DNA of 64,000 nt from Candidatus Kerfeldbacteria bacterium (GCA_016182555.1 JACPGJ010000003.1:10920-74919), one strand, 5' to 3'. Positions 1 to 9,214 are shown, numbered from the stretch's first letter. Program-made: numbers and translations. The notes: generated by a model not told the origin, from the sequence alone.

Positions 1-29
1 ATCACGTTATAAAAAATAAAGATTGAGAT

Positions 30-1970
30 ATGAATCTTTCTTCAATCGAAATTTTATCCAAAATTTTCAAAAATCCCGAGGATGACCTCGCGCTTTTTAA
101 GAATTTGAATGTTTTGGAATTTTACGAGGACGAGAAAAACCGTGTGTACGTAAAAACACTCGAATACAATGGAAATGATAAAATTGTTCTTACAGAAAAA
201 AAGACAGCCCCCGAAGAAATCGTTCGGCAGTTATTCCTGTATGAACTTCTGCATGAATATCAATATCCAAAAGACAGGATAAAACTTGAGGTTGATGTAC
301 AGTTTGGTCGTGAAATTGGAAAAAAACGTGCGGACATTGTGGTTTATCGGGAAGACATGCAAACCCCATATTTGATGGTCGAAGTAAAAAAGCCTGATGT
401 AAAAGATGGGCTAGGACAATTAAAAAGTTATGCTAATGCAACAGGCGCACCAATCCTCATTCTCACTGATGGAAAACTACAAAATAACCTTTTAAGAACC
501 GATCCAAACTTATTTGAGGACTTGCCTGATCTTCCAAAGTTCAATGAAACGGTCGAAGATGTGCAAAAGAAAATTATTACTTTTGATAACCTTGAAGAGG
601 TTACAAATCTTAAACAGCTCATCCTTGATCTCGAAAATGCGGTATTGGCAAATGCTGGCGTTAATTCCTTTGAAGAAATTTTTAAACTCATTCAAACTAA
701 GCTTTATGATGAACTTGAAACTCCACGAAATCAAAATAGGCGTTTCCGTGTTATTGCAGGAGTAAGCAATAAAGAAAATTTGGATAATATCTCACGTCTT
801 TTTGCTGAATCTAAAAATCAATGGCGTGATGTTTTCAAAGATAAAGACGATATTGAAATACCAGCAAACGCTATCGTGCCAGCCGTATCGCTATTGCAAA
901 AATATCGACTTTTCGGGTCTAATCTTCAAATCATTGATGATGCTTTTGAGTACCTAATCAATCAAGATGCAAAAGGTGGGAAGGGGCAATATTTTACACC
1001 ACGCTTTGTGATTAACATGTGTGTAAAAATGCTTAATCCGAAAAAGAACGAAAATATTGTTGATACAGCTTCAGGAAGTTGCGGATTTTTGCTCCATGCA
1101 ATGCAACATGTTTGGCGAACTGAAATTACAAAAGAAAATTTCGGCAGCAGCTATGAAATGAAGCGCAAAGAATACGCGGATCAACATTTATTTGGTATCG
1201 ATTTTGACCCACGAAGCGTAAAAATCGGCAAAGCAATGATGCTTATTGCTGGCGACGGCAAAACCAATGTTACTTATGCAAATTCCTTAGACAGCGACCT
1301 TTGGGATGGAGAAGCAAAGGCAAGATTCAGTAAACTTTTACACCATTTCGACGATTTCGATTTAAACAGCAAAAATCGAGAAAAAATGACGGACTTTGAT
1401 TTTGACCTTATCATGACGAACCCGCCTTTTGCAGGTGAAGTAAAAGGGACATTGCTCAACAAATATGACCTTGGCTTTAAATTTGGTAAAGATTTTGAGC
1501 GCACAAATAAGCACCAAAACAAAATGACACGCGACATTCTGTTCATTGAGCGTAACCTAGGTTTTCTTCGCCCAGGTGGTCGCATGGCCATTGTTTTACC
1601 GCAAGGAGTATTCAACAATACCAATCAGGAGTACATCCGCCGCTATATTATGAAACAGGCACGGTTGTTGGCTGTCGTGGGTTTACATGGTAATAGTTTT
1701 AAGCCACACACAGGTACAAAAACGAGCGTACTATTTTTACAAAAATGGCGAACAGATAAAGAGCGGGAACAGGCTGGTAATTATCCAATTTTTATGGCTA
1801 CCAGCGAAAAGCCGGGAAAAAACAATAGCGGAGAATATGTATTCGCAATGGATGAAAATAATAACATCAGGAAAGATGAAAACGGGACGTATGTCTACGA
1901 TACAGATTTAGATGAAATAGCAGTCAAATTTATTGAGTTTGCAAAGAAATATAACTTTGATTTTGTTTGA
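30..1970 (+). CDS. Restriction-modification enzyme: N-terminal HsdR_N-like PD-(D/E)xK nuclease fused to an N6-adenine DNA methyltransferase (type IIB/IIG-like)
   Basis: N-terminal PEEIVRQ...RADIVVY...VEVK nuclease motif; GQYFTPR, motif I DTASGSCGFL, motif IV TNPPF. Confidence 0.88.
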   Translation: MNLSSIEILSKIFKNPEDDLALFKNLNVLEFYEDEKNRVYVKTLEYNGNDKIVLTEKKTAPEEIVRQLFLYELLHEYQYPKDRIKLEVDVQFGREIGKKRADIVVYREDMQTPYLMVEVKKPDVKDGLGQLKSYANATGAPILILTDGKLQNNLLRTDPNLFEDLPDLPKFNETVEDVQKKIITFDNLEEVTNLKQLILDLENAVLANAGVNSFEEIFKLIQTKLYDELETPRNQNRRFRVIAGVSNKENLDNISRLFAESKNQWRDVFKDKDDIEIPANAIVPAVSLLQKYRLFGSNLQIIDDAFEYLINQDAKGGKGQYFTPRFVINMCVKMLNPKKNENIVDTASGSCGFLLHAMQHVWRTEITKENFGSSYEMKRKEYADQHLFGIDFDPRSVKIGKAMMLIAGDGKTNVTYANSLDSDLWDGEAKARFSKLLHHFDDFDLNSKNREKMTDFDFDLIMTNPPFAGEVKGTLLNKYDLGFKFGKDFERTNKHQNKMTRDILFIERNLGFLRPGGRMAIVLPQGVFNNTNQEYIRRYIMKQARLLAVVGLHGNSFKPHTGTKTSVLFLQKWRTDKEREQAGNYPIFMATSEKPGKNNSGEYVFAMDENNNIRKDENGTYVYDTDLDEIAVKFIEFAKKYNFDFV

Positions 1971-1971
1971 T

Positions 1972-3321
1972 ATGGCACAGATTTCTGAAATTACAGTTGA
2001 AGATTTATTGAAACATCAAAGAATTGATGCAGAATTTTTTCAACCTAAATTTTTAGATGCAGAAAGGAAAGTTGTTTCTTTTTCAAAAAAAATACAAATA
2101 AAAAAAGTCATCCACCCTAATGAGTTTAAGAGAGTATATCAAGAAAATGGGCTACAAATACTCCTTGCTCAGAATGTGAGAGATAATTGTTTAGATTTTA
2201 GCACTACTATGTTTGCAGATCCAGTGTTGAAAAATGACCTCAAACGAAACAAAGTAAATTACGATGATGTTCTCATGACAAGATCAGGTGCTAATTTTGG
2301 ACAAACGGCAGTATACAAATTTGAGAATGCTGAAATTTATGCTTGTGCGGATGTTCTCATTATTAGAAGCCAAGAAATAGCTGGTGGTTACCTTTCAACA
2401 TTTTTGAACTCTAAATATGGTAAAAGTTTAATAAACAGAGGCGTATATGGTGCAGCCCAACCACATATCGCACCATCATATTTATACTCTTTAGAAGTAC
2501 CTCAATTAAATAAAGAGTTTGAGATAAAAATAGATCAAATTACAAATGATGCTTTTTATAAACAAGAACAATCCACATCCCTCTACGCACAAGCGCAACA
2601 ACTCTTGCTTCAAGAACTTGGGCTGGATGATTTTACACCCGAATGGGTAACGGGGTACGAAATCGACCATGACAGTGTGCTTGGGGGCGCTCGTATGGAC
2701 GCGGAGTACTTTCAACCGAAGTATGAAATCGTAAAAAATAAAATTCGTGCAGTCGATCACGACACGCTAGGAAATTTAGTCAAACCGCTCAAAAAAGGTA
2801 TTGAAGTAGGTAGTGAGGCCTACGCAGAGGAAGGCATACCATTTTTACGTGTGTCAAATATTGAAAAATTCCGTATAGATAATTCAAGTGAACAATATAT
2901 TAGCAAAGAACTATACGAGGAATTGAAAGATAAGTTTTGCCCTCAAAAAAGTGAAATTTTGCTATCCAAAGACGGAACACCAGGCATTGCCTACTTTTTA
3001 ACAGAAGAAGTCAAAACGATAATTTCAGGTGGAATTGTTAGACTGAAATCGGTTGAAGTTGAACCGGAATATTTAACGCTTGTACTCAACTCTTTAATTG
3101 TTCAAACCCAAATAGAACAAGATGCAGGTGGTGCACTTATCAAACATTGGCGACCTGACCAGATCAAAACAACTCTCATTCCAATTTTGCCAAAAGAAGT
3201 GAGAGCAAAAATAGTGGCAATGGTTCAAGAAAGCTTTTCAGCACTTCACGAATCCCGCCAGCTTCTTAAACAGGCAAAGAGAGCGGTGGAGGAAATGATT
3301 GAAGCTAAAGCGTCATTTTGA
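1972..3321 (+). CDS. RM specificity subunit (HsdS-like, two target recognition domains)
   Basis: Duplicated conserved segments RIDAEFFQPKF and RMDAEYFQPKY; ATG at 1972, one base after the MTase stop. Confidence 0.85.
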   Translation: MAQISEITVEDLLKHQRIDAEFFQPKFLDAERKVVSFSKKIQIKKVIHPNEFKRVYQENGLQILLAQNVRDNCLDFSTTMFADPVLKNDLKRNKVNYDDVLMTRSGANFGQTAVYKFENAEIYACADVLIIRSQEIAGGYLSTFLNSKYGKSLINRGVYGAAQPHIAPSYLYSLEVPQLNKEFEIKIDQITNDAFYKQEQSTSLYAQAQQLLLQELGLDDFTPEWVTGYEIDHDSVLGGARMDAEYFQPKYEIVKNKIRAVDHDTLGNLVKPLKKGIEVGSEAYAEEGIPFLRVSNIEKFRIDNSSEQYISKELYEELKDKFCPQKSEILLSKDGTPGIAYFLTEEVKTIISGGIVRLKSVEVEPEYLTLVLNSLIVQTQIEQDAGGALIKHWRPDQIKTTLIPILPKEVRAKIVAMVQESFSALHESRQLLKQAKRAVEEMIEAKASF

Positions 3322-3358
3322 AAGAATAAAGCGAAAAAATTTAGCTGCATTAAAAAAA

Positions 3359-3387
3359 TTGCGTTTTACCGCATTATTCGGTACCAT
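3359..3387 (+). promoter_or_regulatory. sigma70-type promoter, leaderless or near-leaderless, for the 3396 gene
   Basis: TTGCGT-17 nt-TACCAT, ATG 8 nt after the -10 box. Confidence 0.5.
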
Positions 3388-3395
3388 TTGCATAT

Positions 3396-3791
3396 ATGAA
3401 AATATACATTGGGCATGCTACATCGTTTGATTTTCACAATGAGCTATATACAATCATTCGTGACAGTGAAATACATCAGCAGCATGAAATTATTTTGCCT
3501 CACGAAAAAAGTAATGAACAATTTTCATCAAAAGTCTTATTTCAATCAGGATGCGATTTGATGATCGCTGAAGTGTCGTGGCCTTCAACGGGATTAGGAA
3601 TTGAGCTGGGTTGGGCAGATATGTACCGCATTCCCATTGTTTGTATTTATCGAAAAGGCTCAAAGGTATCTGGCGCATTAACAGCAGTCAGTCAATATTT
3701 TCTTGAGTACGAAAATCCATCAGATATTCCTCAGGTTGTATCCACGTATTTGGCAGAGCGTGCCCCCGTCTTTGGCGAGTTGTCTGACTAA
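3396..3791 (+). CDS. Nucleoside 2-deoxyribosyltransferase-like (Rcl/DNPH1-type) protein
   Basis: MKIYIG start and DLMIAEVSWPSTGLGIELGWA signature. Confidence 0.72.
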   Translation: MKIYIGHATSFDFHNELYTIIRDSEIHQQHEIILPHEKSNEQFSSKVLFQSGCDLMIAEVSWPSTGLGIELGWADMYRIPIVCIYRKGSKVSGALTAVSQYFLEYENPSDIPQVVSTYLAERAPVFGELSD

Positions 3792-3917
3792 TGCAGATTT
3801 GCGTAATAACGATTGTTGATCCTTTGGATACAGTTTAAGTATTGCTGATTTTGAATAATTCCAGTAGTATGGATCTATTCAGAATGAGCAATAAATTTAA
3901 TTTTTTACCTCAACATT

Positions 3918-4361
3918 ATGGAGAGCAAAACCGTCCAAATAACACCTAAGCCAGGTGAGCAAAAATTTCAGTATGCTGGATTTTGGATAAGATTCTTAGC
4001 ATGTATTTTGGACTGGGTTGTTCTGGGAATTATAGGCTATATACTTTTTGGTAACGAAGTTACTCGTATAGAATCTGGTTCAATCAGTGTTCGTTATACT
4101 GGGTGGAAAAATATTATCCCTTTCTTATATGTACTATTATTTTGGCTATGGCTTTCCGCTACACCCGGTAAATTAATATGCCGTATTAAAATTATTGAAA
4201 TAGATGGAAGCAAGTTATCTTGGCAAAAAGCTTTGATACGAATGTTTTCATATATACCAAGTGCATTAGCGCTATTCATCGGTTTTATTTGGGCTGGATT
4301 TGATTCTAAAAAGCAAGCTTGGCATGATAAAATAGCGAAAACCTACGTGGTAAAAAAGTGA
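3918..4361 (+). CDS. RDD family membrane protein
   Basis: YAGFWIRFLACILD, TPGK and KQAWHDKIAKTYVV motifs. Confidence 0.9.
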   Translation: MESKTVQITPKPGEQKFQYAGFWIRFLACILDWVVLGIIGYILFGNEVTRIESGSISVRYTGWKNIIPFLYVLLFWLWLSATPGKLICRIKIIEIDGSKLSWQKALIRMFSYIPSALALFIGFIWAGFDSKKQAWHDKIAKTYVVKK

Positions 4362-4438
4362 TTTATCGGTAAAAGATGAGGAGGGGAATTGAGAGCTATT
4401 CAAAAGGTAAAACCATTTTTTTCAGCGTTCTTTGAGTA

Positions 4439-4831
4439 CTAGTGATTAGTACACACAGAAAGCTGGAGGTGGAGAGAGTACGCGATGTCGAAGCATGCGT
4501 CGTTTATATCGGCATGATCCCCGATTCTCTCCACCTCGTTGCTGTTGTCTCAGTTCTCTTCCTGCCGGAAGAGAACTGTCTCGCTCCTGTCGGGGTGGTA
4601 CGTGACCACCTCCAACATGGATAATTCCTCGCCCCCCCTGCTCTGGTCGAGCAGGGGGATGACGAGGTCACGGTGGTCGCCACACTTGTGGTACCACTCG
4701 TGCTCCTCAGGACCCTCCAACCAGACCGAGGTCACGGTCTGGTTGCTTTTCCAGGTCCGCACCTTGCCGGGGTGCAGAGACATGGTCTCGAAGCCCATGT
4801 CCCGCAGAGTAGAACTGAGAGAATTATTCAT
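4439..4831 (-). pseudogene. GC-rich orphan gene with an in-frame TGA at 4552-4550 (93 aa if terminated, 130 codons if read through to TAG at 4441-4439)
   Basis: Strong SD GGGAGG before the ATG; frame stays open for 36 codons after the TGA (DNSNEVERIGDHADINDACFDIAYSLHLQLSVCTNH). Confidence 0.5.
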
Positions 4832-5045
4832 GGCATCCTCCCTTTTTTATGCTAACTGGTATGCCATTACCCAGTCAGCGTTTTTGGATGTGCCGCATCC
4901 CACACTTGTGGAACACGGCGCGACGAGTAACGCAGCTGAGGCGCTTCTTTCATGAAAAAGTGAAAGTGAAATGCCCCGAATGCGTCACTCGTCAGGTATT
5001 TGTTTGAGACAACAGCTTTTCAATGTGCGTGTTCCGCTCAAACTA
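4830..5045 (-). ncRNA. Candidate structured 5' leader or cis-regulatory RNA
   Basis: Several complementary helices; two plus-strand A-C mismatches become G-U pairs on the minus strand. Confidence 0.45.
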
Positions 5046-5088
5046 CTTCTTTTCTACTGGTTCGGTTTTGCAGCGAACAGAACAAAAT

Positions 5089-5117
5089 AGACTAGCATGG
5101 TTTTTACATTTTGTCAA
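5089..5117 (-). promoter_or_regulatory. sigma70-type promoter for the leader and orphan gene
   Basis: TTGACA-17 nt-TAGTCT with extended TG on the minus strand. Confidence 0.6.
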
Positions 5118-5137
5118 TACTTACTTCTGTCACGCCG

Positions 5138-5166
5138 TTGACTTTGTTCGGTATTCGTGATATAAA
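5138..5166 (+). promoter_or_regulatory. sigma70-type promoter for the wzt operon
   Basis: TTGACT-17 nt-TATAAA with extended TG. Confidence 0.6.
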
Positions 5167-5221
5167 AAAAGTGAAAAAATGGAGCTAACTCCTCATTTTA
5201 ATATAAGCATTTTTGCATATC

Positions 5222-6463
5222 ATGCTCGAATCTGCAATACAGGTAAACAAGCTTTCTAAGGAATTTCGTATACCACATGAGCGCATTACCACCATGCGTG
5301 GTTTTTTTGTCAATATATTTAAGAAGAAACGGTATGAAGATTTTTTAGCGTTGGACAATGTTAGTTTTTCAGTACAAAAAGGAGAGTTCTTTGGAATTAT
5401 TGGAAAAAATGGTTCTGGGAAATCAACGTTATTAAAAATTTTAGCGGGTATTTATAGAGCAGATACCGGAAAGATAAAAATGAATGGTCGGATCTCTCCA
5501 TTTTTGGAATTAGGTATTGGTTTTAATCCAGAATTATCTGGCCGACAGAATATTTATTTAAATGGCGCAGTGTTAGGCATGACCAAGCAACAGATTGATA
5601 AAAAATTTGATGATATCGTCACGTTCTCTGAATTAGAAAGATTTATCGATCAGAAATTGAAAAATTATTCTTCGGGTATGCAAGTGCGATTAGCATTTTC
5701 CGTGGCTATCCATGCGAATCGAGATATTTTACTTATGGATGAAGTATTAGCGGTCGGGGACGCGAATTTTCAGCAAAAATGTTTAGGTGTATTTCGTCAC
5801 CTTCAACGACAAGGCAAAACGATTATTTTTGTTTCTCATGATATGGAAACCATGAAACAATTTGCCGACCGAGTATTAGTGCTACACCGCGGAAAGGTTG
5901 TGACCATCAGCGCTCCTGAACGTGCAGGATATGAATATAGTCAAATTTTAATGCGTGAACATAGCGCAATTCATCAAACAGCCATTGAGCGTGAAGCTCC
6001 TGATACCGTAGACCCTACACCACCAAAACAACAGAAGAAAAAAAATCGTATTGTTGGTATACAATTATTGAATCAACATGATACAGAAACGCAGGTCTTT
6101 GAGTATGGTGATGATATACGTATTCGTATAGAGTTCGATGTACAAGAACTCGTTCCAGAAATGTATGTCGGTCTTGGCATTATTGATAAGCAAACAGATG
6201 CATGGATTTGTGGAAATAATACCTATTTTGATCGATTTAATCACCACTGGAAAGTAGGGAAAAATACCGTGGTATTGAAGTTGCCAAATACCATATTTCA
6301 CAAAGGCGATTTTTATATATTGAGCAGTTTTTTTATTGGAGACCCAAAAGAGAATGCCATGATGGATTTTTATGACAGCCGTGAGCATAATTTTTATTTT
6401 CGTAGTTTTCCTCGAGATCGTCGCAATGGGTTGGTGTTAATGGATCATGAATGGAAACAATAA
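5222..6463 (+). CDS. wzt: Polysaccharide ABC exporter ATPase with C-terminal Wzt_C carbohydrate-binding module
   Basis: GKNGSGKST, FNPELSGRQN, YSSGMQVRLAF, DEVLAVGD; long C-terminal beta-rich extension. Confidence 0.9.
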   Translation: MLESAIQVNKLSKEFRIPHERITTMRGFFVNIFKKKRYEDFLALDNVSFSVQKGEFFGIIGKNGSGKSTLLKILAGIYRADTGKIKMNGRISPFLELGIGFNPELSGRQNIYLNGAVLGMTKQQIDKKFDDIVTFSELERFIDQKLKNYSSGMQVRLAFSVAIHANRDILLMDEVLAVGDANFQQKCLGVFRHLQRQGKTIIFVSHDMETMKQFADRVLVLHRGKVVTISAPERAGYEYSQILMREHSAIHQTAIEREAPDTVDPTPPKQQKKKNRIVGIQLLNQHDTETQVFEYGDDIRIRIEFDVQELVPEMYVGLGIIDKQTDAWICGNNTYFDRFNHHWKVGKNTVVLKLPNTIFHKGDFYILSSFFIGDPKENAMMDFYDSREHNFYFRSFPRDRRNGLVLMDHEWKQ

Positions 6464-7854
6464 CGTCTATGCAAACATCTATTTTTTTAATCACTTTTTG
6501 TAATCAAGATTTGTACACTCCCGTAGAAACAAATTTGTTATTACTCGATATAGAGCGGGGAACGCAGCAGTGGATTATTACTGGTAATCAATCTGGTTTA
6601 ACGGGTGTTGGTGTACATGATGAATATGTATTCGTTTTGCATCAAGGCTCACGGCCGGGTATTTTAGTTCTTGCGAAAAAAAATTTCACGGTTATTGCCA
6701 AGACGTTCTTATCAGAGTTGGTGGACCCACATTCATTGGTGGTGCAGGGGAATACGCTCTTTGTCGTTTCTACAGGAACGGATAGTGTTTTAGAATATCA
6801 ATTTGACCCTATACAACGAACTATTCAATATGTACGCGTGCTCTGGAAACCCGAACAGTCGTTAGGAACACAAGATCAATACCATATCAATTCTATTGTC
6901 AAACACCAGAATGATTTATATATTTCCGCATTTGGTCCAAAAGCGGGTGAAACTTGGAAAACGGCATTGCATGGTTTTGTCTATAACGTGACTGCACAGG
7001 ACCCACTAGATGGCTATACAGATATTTATCATCCGCATTCGTTGGTAATGGATGGACAAGATCTCTATTTTTGTGAATCTACTGCACGTGAGGTAAGAAA
7101 AAATAATGAAACAGTAATCACTTTGCCGAATGGATATGTGCGTGGATTAACAGTTACGAATGATGTGATTTTGGTGGGAACGAGCCAAGGTCGCAAAGTG
7201 TCTAAGAGTACTGGGCAAGTGAATAATTTTTTTGAACAAGAAGGAGAGATTGATGCTGTATGCGGTGTGTCTGTTTTTGATAAAAAAACACTTGAGCAAA
7301 TTCATGAGTATAATTTTTTTCCATTACACCGTGAAATTTATGAAATTGTACCTATAGAATCAATACGAGAAACAGCGTCGCTGGTGTATTTCGGTGTGCA
7401 AAATGTGGTTGATGATGTTGTCCAATTTAAACACGCCATAGAACAGAAGCAGCATACTATTGAAGAGCGAGACGCATCGCTGAATACGTTGCGACATGCT
7501 CAAGAAAAAAACGAAATTGTATTAGCGGAACGTACGCAAGAATTGCATCAAGCCCATGCGAAGATTCAACAAAAAGATCAAGAGATGAATCAGCTACAGC
7601 AGATGGTCAATATTGCTCAGCAACACACGGAGCAATTACAGGAACGAGTTGAAGAACAGAAAGATGTCATCGTTGAACAGAAAGAGACAATCACTGAACA
7701 GAAACAGTTAGTGAATACACTCAAAGAAAATGTTCAACAAGCTTATGCAGTTATCCATGATAAAGATCGTGAATTATTGAGTATGCAGGAGTCGAAATTT
7801 TGGAAATTACGCGGAGCGTACATGCAATTTAAACAGTTTATTTTGAGAAAATAA
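6451..7854 (+). CDS. Beta-propeller (DUF4915-like) protein with long C-terminal coiled coil and amphipathic tail
   Basis: DPHSL/HPHSL repeats, HINS, GYVRGL...VGTS; Q/E/K-rich heptad region ending SKFWKLR. Confidence 0.65.
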   Translation: METITSMQTSIFLITFCNQDLYTPVETNLLLLDIERGTQQWIITGNQSGLTGVGVHDEYVFVLHQGSRPGILVLAKKNFTVIAKTFLSELVDPHSLVVQGNTLFVVSTGTDSVLEYQFDPIQRTIQYVRVLWKPEQSLGTQDQYHINSIVKHQNDLYISAFGPKAGETWKTALHGFVYNVTAQDPLDGYTDIYHPHSLVMDGQDLYFCESTAREVRKNNETVITLPNGYVRGLTVTNDVILVGTSQGRKVSKSTGQVNNFFEQEGEIDAVCGVSVFDKKTLEQIHEYNFFPLHREIYEIVPIESIRETASLVYFGVQNVVDDVVQFKHAIEQKQHTIEERDASLNTLRHAQEKNEIVLAERTQELHQAHAKIQQKDQEMNQLQQMVNIAQQHTEQLQERVEEQKDVIVEQKETITEQKQLVNTLKENVQQAYAVIHDKDRELLSMQESKFWKLRGAYMQFKQFILRK

Positions 7855-7864
7855 ACCGAGTGGT

Positions 7865-9214
7865 ATGAACAAAACCGTCTCTATTGTTACACTCAATTAT
7901 AATGGCAAACAGTATTTGCAACCACTGTTTGAAAGCTTGCAAAAACAAACATACCAACCTTGTGAAATAGTCATGGTAGATAATGCTTCAGTTGATGGGT
8001 CTGTGGAGTTTGTTGAGCAACGGTTTCCGAATGTGCGTATTATTCGCAATAGCGAGAATGTTGGTTTTGCCGGTGGGAATAATAGCGCGCTGCGGCATTG
8101 TCGCGGTGAATATATTGCGCTCATAAACAATGACATGATTGCCGATGAACGCTACATTGAATGGTTAGTACGGTCGTTAGAAGAACAGCAAGCAGATGTT
8201 ACCGGCGGCAAAATTTTGTTTTATACACCGTTTGTGACATTGCGTGTAGAGGTGAAGACATTTGTGCCGAATGAACATAACGGTGGGGGAGATGTACGCG
8301 CGTTGGGCTGTATGATTGCTTCAGATATTGCTATTGATGATGTACCATATAAAAAGAACATATTTTTGGCCAATACGTTTGGCGAAGAAAAAGCTGGTGA
8401 ACTCGCATTTCATTGGTTGAGTAATGAGGCAGTGATTAAAATTCCAGTAGACTTGAAATTGTCGCGGCATCGGCTGCGTATGAAACTGGCGGTTAGCGAT
8501 ATGCAAAAAGAAGAGGAAGTCACTATGCGTTTGGGCGAGGAGGTTATTTTTCAAAAGCGTGTATCAAATCAGTTCAGCGAATGTACTGTGGATATTGATC
8601 CAGCGCTGATCAAAAAATATGTCTGCCATGTGGTGAATAATGCATCATCTGAATTCAATACGCATTCTGGTGGTGGCCGTGATGTTGGTATTTATGAAGA
8701 CGATAAGGGTCAGTATGATACGCCGCATACCGCGCAAGCTATTTGTGGAGGGAGTATGTTGATTCGTCGTGAGGTCATTGATCGTTATGGATTATTTGAT
8801 GATTATTTTTTTGCCTATTACGAAGATACCGATTTTTCTTGGCGTTTGAATCGTGCGGGCAAAAAATTATTTTTTGAGCCACGAGCGTTTGTCTATCATG
8901 TGCATACAGGAACTTCTAAAGAATGGTCTCCGTTTTTTCGATACCACGTAGAACGAAATCGTTTAGCCATGCTATTGAAAAATGCACGGTTATTCGATGC
9001 TGCACGTGAGTGGGGTGGTTTTTTTCTGAAAACAGCTCGTGATGCGTGGCGCATGGTTCGCCGTCGCGTGTTCAAACGTCAACCAAAAACTGAAGCAGAT
9101 AGTGTCGTGTGGATTCATTTGCGGGTTTGTGGTGATTTGCTGCTGCATATTCCGGCATTACTCTGGAAACGTCTCTATTTCGTTATTGCTCTTGAGCAAC
9201 ACGATTCAGTATGA
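7865..9214 (+). CDS. GT2 glycosyltransferase (rhamnosyltransferase-like) with an internal inserted domain
   Basis: VDNAS.DGS, NVGFAGGNN, INND, GLFDDYFFAYYEDTDFSWR. Confidence 0.88.
   Translation: MNKTVSIVTLNYNGKQYLQPLFESLQKQTYQPCEIVMVDNASVDGSVEFVEQRFPNVRIIRNSENVGFAGGNNSALRHCRGEYIALINNDMIADERYIEWLVRSLEEQQADVTGGKILFYTPFVTLRVEVKTFVPNEHNGGGDVRALGCMIASDIAIDDVPYKKNIFLANTFGEEKAGELAFHWLSNEAVIKIPVDLKLSRHRLRMKLAVSDMQKEEEVTMRLGEEVIFQKRVSNQFSECTVDIDPALIKKYVCHVVNNASSEFNTHSGGGRDVGIYEDDKGQYDTPHTAQAICGGSMLIRREVIDRYGLFDDYFFAYYEDTDFSWRLNRAGKKLFFEPRAFVYHVHTGTSKEWSPFFRYHVERNRLAMLLKNARLFDAAREWGGFFLKTARDAWRMVRRRVFKRQPKTEADSVVWIHLRVCGDLLLHIPALLWKRLYFVIALEQHDSV

Noticed and set aside
4442-4955. Plus-strand ORFs 4442-4624, 4539-4955 and 4673-4855
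   Set aside because: Shadows of the GC-rich minus-strand gene, which has the SD and promoter
4920-5000. Hammerhead ribozyme (CUGACGA on the minus strand)
   Set aside because: No GAAA follows the closing strand of the adjacent stem
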